Source: Macrostomum lignano (Eukaryota). Taken from it: a stretch of DNA of 64,000 nt. Positions 58,286 to 64,000 of the stretch are shown one piece after another. The notes beneath the pieces were generated by a model, which saw only the letters and a program-made list of their open reading frames with translations, ran no database searches and had not been told where the DNA came from. The stretch's first letter is position 1; each line of letters starts with the position of its first letter. The stretch is from positions 62,001 through 126,000 of the forward strand of contig NIVC01001071.1 of NCBI GenBank assembly GCA_002269645.1, given 5' to 3'. Position numbers and translations under genes: made by a program.

Positions 58286-60143
58286 TTTGCATTTAATATC
58301 AAACTGACAGCGCATTTTGTTGTTGTTGTCTTTGTGTTTGTTCACTTTTCATCAAAAGAAAGACTACATTAGATGACTAAATTAAAAGCTAGCTGGAAAG
58401 ATCAGGGGAGTTGATTACGAAGCAAGTGAATAAAAAGGTAATTCATGCAAGTGATTTGCAGTAATTAGGCTAGTCTTAAAAATATGTATAATTATTTTCA
58501 GAAGGTAGGCCTTCAAAACAACAGCTTTTAGCTTTGATAAGGATCTGAATGAACTTTCAATCTGCAGAGTCAGTATATATTTCAGTGCGTTACATCTGAG
58601 TAAAAGCCTCAAAACGTCGACAACATGGTTAAGCTATTTCAACCCCTTCCCTGGTAATGTACGTGCAATTACATGTGGACGCACCCTCGTTCGTTTCTGC
58701 AGAAATATTCACGAGAAAAGGAAGCGCTTGAAAAAACAGGAGCCTATTTAATAGTCATAATTAGTGTTAAGAAGCTACTCCGCTATAAACGAAAAACAGA
58801 ACTTGAGAAATCGTTTACATCGCCATCAAATGAGACATCGGGTTATCCAATTAACAATGTACCAAGCGACAACGTTCTACACATTTTCACTCGGTAGTGT
58901 CACCGTCCAAAACTCCAAAATCGCGCGCCTTCCAACATCAAGCACAAAAGTTAACCAACTAAATGTCATGGGAGTTAATAATAATAATTATTATTGCAGG
59001 AGGGCTGTGAGCACTCCGAATTGCAACACTCTCGACATCTTACCCACAACGAGCGGTAAGTAAGGCAATTATACACATTCCGCTGACTCATGAGCGCAGG
59101 GCGTACAGATCGGCCCCGGCTTTCTAATCGTCAGGCATGTTCTGGCTGCTGTTCTCATGCCTATTTATAGAGGCTCATCCTGACTTCGATAACTACCTGT
59201 CAGATAATTCTGGTCGCAGAGGTTAACGCAAAGTCTGAGAACTATGCATGCGAACCGTTTCGAGTATGCATGTAGAACCGACGCTTCAACATCGCTTCAC
59301 GAGGCAGGGCTTTAAATATGCCTCGGAATTTTCTCTTGCCTTTCGTGTGCTCGACACGAGGCTCACAGGACATCCGTTTTCCTTTCCAGCACTCCCCCTG
59401 ATTCCTAACTGGTTTCTGGATCAGCATTACTCAAGTAGAAATTCACGTTGCACGTGCACTTTATTGTCCTGCTCCCTCATCCTTGCTGCTGAGAGGTAGC
59501 CAACTTCAGTGGGCCCTTTATTAGGGATCAATCTTTCGTCTTTCATGGACGTTGCTATACCAAGCATATATTTATGCATCTTCGTTCCTCCGGTACCGCT
59601 TGTGTTGAAAATTTTCCCTTTCAGCTCTCGATGGCGTTATCCAAACTGTATTCGAATCCTTGAAGTACTTCTGGAACTACTAATAGCTGTATGCTACCGC
59701 GTTATTTGTTTTTTACGCTCACAAACTACTAACTATTGGTATGATTAGGCAATATTTGGGCGTAATCGAGCATCAAAAGCAAGCTAATAACATGTTTATC
59801 AGCAGAACAAGGGCAAATTGGAAAAAAAATAAAAGCCTATCGTACGCATAGATTTTTTAAGTTTTGTTCCACTCGATCAGGAAACAGGCATCAAATATTG
59901 CGCTTAATGGCACCTCGACGGAGACCTTAATGTGTCACATGCTTATGCTTAGTCAGCAAGGTTCTCACCGTTTCTTGCGCAGAGTTTAGTCATGGACGAC
60001 TGTAGTAGGTGGACGCTACAGTCAATTTTCTAAGAAATGAGCTAGAGGACGGTAAGGAACGCATATATCCACTCTACTCCAATAACTACTTATACTTCTC
60101 TGCTAGAAAAATATGAATTTGTCATGTGATTTTCATCTAGAAA

Positions 60144-60340
60144 ATGACCACGGAGGGGGAAATCGATCAGAAAATAGAAGACAACTACCCGGAGAATACC
60201 AAGAGGTAGGCCGCATTGGGTGGTGAAGAAATTCGACGAGTGGCACGCACTGAAGAAGCTGGTCTGGGTGGAAGCAGCTCGATCAGCCGTTGAGCGTTGC
60301 ATCGGCGTTTCTGTGGAGCAAGAAAGGTTTTACTACTGAC
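60144..60340 (+). pseudogene. Possible Crypton/DUF3504-type N-terminal fragment
   Basis: Correcting one stop and one frameshift gives MTTEGEIDQKIEDNYPENTKRxAAWVVKKFDEWH, resembling the NT(K/R)xxTxWAVxxFxxW motif of Crypton-derived proteins. Confidence 0.35.
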
Positions 60341-61148
60341 GTCATCAGTTCGGCCAGACCATCGGTGCCCGCCAAGTCTGTCCCGGTGCACGCAGCTTAT
60401 CTGACGACCGACCGACTCACCGCATCGAAATTTGCGGTTAGACAAAGAAGATTTGCAATGAATTTAACTGACATTTTTTTCGAATAGACATTAAACTAAC
60501 AAATCGATGCTGACGTGCATCCTTCTGCTATATGGTTGGACTTTTACCATTCACTTTCCTTTTGCTTAAATAAACGTTTTACCGTGTTCCGTTGCCACTT
60601 TTGGCCATTAACCAGGACCTAAAAGGGTTTTACCCAGTTTGTCCCGGTCATAGACCAGGAAAAATCATGTAAGCAAATTATGTATCCCATACTTGCACTG
60701 GGTCTATGGTCATGTACGCTTAGTGCACTTTAGAGAGCACATAGCGTGGGGTTTCGCCAGAGACATTCGGTGAAGAAAAATCAGCGCTCGAAAAATTTGA
60801 ATTTTCTAGAGAGCTGCATGCTAAATGCACTACACGGAATACGGAAAATACCAGTACACGTTCCTTTACCAGCCTCAAACTCATTTCTAAGAAAATAGAG
60901 CAGGAGCGTCGCCACGGGGGGAGGGAAGGGACAAAAGCTATGGGAGGACATGTCAATGCTTTGTCCCCCAACCCCACCTTGTGACCCATTGCAGAAATCT
61001 ATAATTTTCCTTCATGGCGCCAAAATATAGTGCCTGCCTGCGGCGCCAAAATGAGTGCTAGCAACACCGATTCTCAAAATAATGTGCATGTAGGAATTTA
61101 GTCATGTAATGTAGAATTCTTGGCTTTGTTCCCATATGTGGCGAAGCC

Positions 61149-61880
61149 CCCCTGAAATCAAGTGTACGTCCTAGTTCAGTTTGCCATCATTACTGTCACG
61201 TGAATTAGCCAAAGGAGGTACTTCTTGAGCATTAGTGCTAATTACAAGCTATACGTGTTATTAGAAAAATTGTAACATCCGAATCAAATTGTAAAATGAT
61301 TTTAGTCTCATTAATATAAGCCACGCCCTATGCAGGAGGGGCAACGGGATTAGACTAATTACATGCGTTGTATCTCTAGGCTAACTCGACATGTCCGGTG
61401 GGTTGAGGTGGCTCCAATCTAAATCCTTCGGTTGTAGTGCTGCCACCAATTCATTCAGAACTCACTCTCCTGTGAGGTTAAGGTCTAGTTGGAACGAAGA
61501 AATAACGAAGACGAGCAAACTCAGTAGAGTGAGTACACCGTGCGGATTTGCGACTCCAGACGACCTACATGTAGTCAGCAGATCCTGAAAAGCTAAGCGG
61601 GGCGATTAATTTAGTTTCGGGGCGGACTCTCAAATTTCAGGGGATCAGGCGGCAGCTGACATGCAGAGAAGACACAGAAGTTACAGGGAAAGGAAGGCGG
61701 TGACGAGGATTTTAGGATTTTTTAGGATTCTGAAGACACTTGACGAAAACAAGCTAGAATTAAGTCTGTATTTTTCGGCTGTGGCGCCATATAGGGCCAG
61801 TGCAAAGAAAGAAATCACGTAAGAAAGTCACATGGTGTCTATTTTTGGCAACTGACGTCAACGACTTGCCTTAAAAAGCA
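61149..61880. repeat. Direct repeat copy 1 (at least 730 bp), near-identical to 63271-64000
   Basis: CCCCTGAAATCAAGTGTACG... identical apart from a 1-bp indel; offset ~2122 bp. Confidence 0.97.
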
Positions 61881-62017
61881 AGGGCACCAAGGGCACCAAA
61901 AAGCAGGGCAACAAGTAAACAAGTTGCACTTTGGACTCTAAGAAAACAAGGCTTGTCATGTGACGAGTTCACGTGACAAGGAAACAGCGAGCCACTAATT
62001 AAACCATCAGAAAAATA

Positions 62018-62581
62018 CACAACAGAGATAGGAAGTTTTCATTCTCAGCACAAAACTGTTATTGCTTTCGATAGGAGGCAGACCCAATGTTCATCTTTTG
62101 ATATGTGCCTTTCTCTGATAGCCCTATATTGATTGATATTCATAAACCTTTTCCTTTAGAAAATTATAATTCTAAGAGTATGTTAATTTTTTATTCTACG
62201 TACATTTCCTGTACCTAGAAATCAATCATAAAAATGCATGGCACAGCTCGACTGGTTTTATGAACCTATTTATTTATCATCTCTGTACGTTACACATATT
62301 GTTACACAGTCAGCTAATATAAGAATGAAAAAATAGATTCATAAAACCAATGAGCCGATCGCCGTGCCATTTTAATGCTTTTTAGGCACAGGATGACGTA
62401 TGCAATTCAAGTACGTAGAATAGAAAATGACATAGAATCCTAATTTTTTCAACGAAAAGCTTATGAATATCAATAGAGCTAAAAGAAACACACAACAAAA
62501 GATGAACATTGGGTCTGCGTCCTATCAAAAGCAATAACAATGTTTTTGCTGAAAAAATGAAAACTTCCTATCCATGTAGTG
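62018..62581. mobile_element. Tc1/mariner-type foldback MITE
   Basis: Imperfect TIRs of ~100 bp or more (CAC(A/T)AC..GATAGGAAGTTTTCATT...), TA at 62016-17 and 62582-83, further internal inverted segments. Confidence 0.82.
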
Positions 62582-62740
62582 TATTTCTGGCGAAAACCAG
62601 CCTCAAAAATTTCCTAAGAAATGTAGTTTTCCCGTCCTTCTACCCGAGTAGTCCTTGAGCAGCAGGGGCTGCAACAATTATCGCCACGTTGGGCAGGCCT
62701 GGCAGAAAAAGGTACGTCGTACATATGTACATGGTATGCC

Positions 62741-62926
62741 TTAATATTTGCGTCTTAATTTATTTGCGTCTTAATTTATTTGCGTCTTAATTTATTTGCG
62801 TCTTAATTTATTTGCGTCTTAATTTATTTGCGTCTTAATTTATTTGCGTCTTAATTTATTTGCGTCTTAATTTATTTGCGTCTTAATTTATTTGCGTCTT
62901 AATTTATTTGCGTCTTAATTTATTTG
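62741..62926. repeat. Perfect 16-bp tandem repeat (TTAATTTATTTGCGTC), about 11 copies
   Basis: Directly visible; the internal units are invariant. Confidence 0.97.
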
Positions 62927-63270
62927 CACCACGGTGCAGATAATGCCGCTACCTCCTCGTGGTCAGAGCGGAGAGCCGCGCTTAACTGCTGCGGCGGCCA
63001 AATGCGGCAGGACCAAGCGAGGGCAGCGGAGCGCCTGTCGGCGTGTTGAGCGTCGGCGTGAGCGGAACCGACGAGGCCGGCTGCGTGGCGCCGCCCGTCG
63101 AGCTGCCGCGCGGTTGAATACTTATTTTTTGCTTGTTTTCAATCTGTGACAGGATTTTTTTGTTAAAATAATGAAATCCTAAGACTTTGTTTTCAAAGCC
63201 AAAAGTCAACTGACAAATCTTTTAAGCCTTCTAAATTTTCAAAATCACGAAATTCTTAAGCAAATTTTAA

Positions 63271-64000
63271 CCCCTGAAATCAAGTGTACGTCCTAGTTCA
63301 GTTTGCCATCATTACTGTCACGTGAATTAGCCAAAGGAGGTACTTCTTGAGCATTAGTGCTAATTACAAGCTATACGTGTTATTAGAAAAATTGTAACAT
63401 CCGAATCAAATTGTAAAATGATTTTAGTCTCATTAATATAAGCCACGCCCTATGCAGGAGGGCAACGGGATTAGACTAATTACATGCGTTGTATCTCTAG
63501 GCTAACTCGACATGTCCGGTGGGTTGAGGTGGCTCCAATCTAAATCCTTCGGTTGTAGTGCTGCCACCAATTCATTCAGAACTCACTCTCCTGTGAGGTT
63601 AAGGTCTAGTTGGAACGAAGAAATAACGAAGACGAGCAAACTCAGTAGAGTGAGTACACCGTGCGGATTTGCGACTCCAGACGACCTACATGTAGTCAGC
63701 AGATCCTGAAAAGCTAAGCGGGGCGATTAATTTAGTTTCGGGGCGGACTCTCAAATTTCAGGGGATCAGGCGGCAGCTGACATGCAGAGAAGACACAGAA
63801 GTTACAGGGAAAGGAAGGCGGTGACGAGGATTTTAGGATTTTTTAGGATTCTGAAGACACTTGACGAAAACAAGCTAGAATTAAGTCTGTATTTTTCGGC
63901 TGTGGCGCCATATAGGGCCAGTGCAAAGAAAGAAATCACGTAAGAAAGTCACATGGTGTCTATTTTTGGCAACTGACGTCAACGACTTGCCTTAAAAAGC
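63271..64000. repeat. Direct repeat copy 2 (runs off the window)
   Basis: Matches 61149-61880; preceded by TTAA. Confidence 0.97.

Overview
Eukaryotic (animal) genomic DNA that is very rich in repeats. GC-rich exons sit among minisatellite-filled introns and (TTAGGG)n tracts. This resembles a flatworm such as Macrostomum, which is an inference and not proven. All clear host genes are on the minus strand: a ~1400-aa TUT4/7-type terminal uridylyltransferase (6 coding exons, 24879-33372), an N6AMT1/HemK2 methyltransferase ~1 kb upstream of it (34459-35776), an SLC7A cationic amino-acid transporter (50517-53540), two tandem paralogous single-pass membrane protein ORFs of no recognisable family (17238-20411), and a tentative small secreted-protein gene with a duplicated 66-nt exon (~10800-12127). 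Mobile DNA includes a mariner (DD34D), an IS630/Tc1-like element with 164-bp TIRs, two decayed Gypsy elements, Crypton-like tyrosine-recombinase fragments and several MITEs with clear TSDs. The most striking structure is the first 10.6 kb. It is a head-to-tail concatemer (hairpin-CTAG|TC junctions) of non-autonomous Helitron-like units. Each unit has a conserved 5' module with an embedded tRNA-like Pol III cassette and carries interchangeable satellite arrays; two units also carry telomere-like tracts. A solo relative at 36459-39572 carries a different main satellite. Most long ORFs in the supplied track are artefacts of tandem repeats. All splice models were read by eye.
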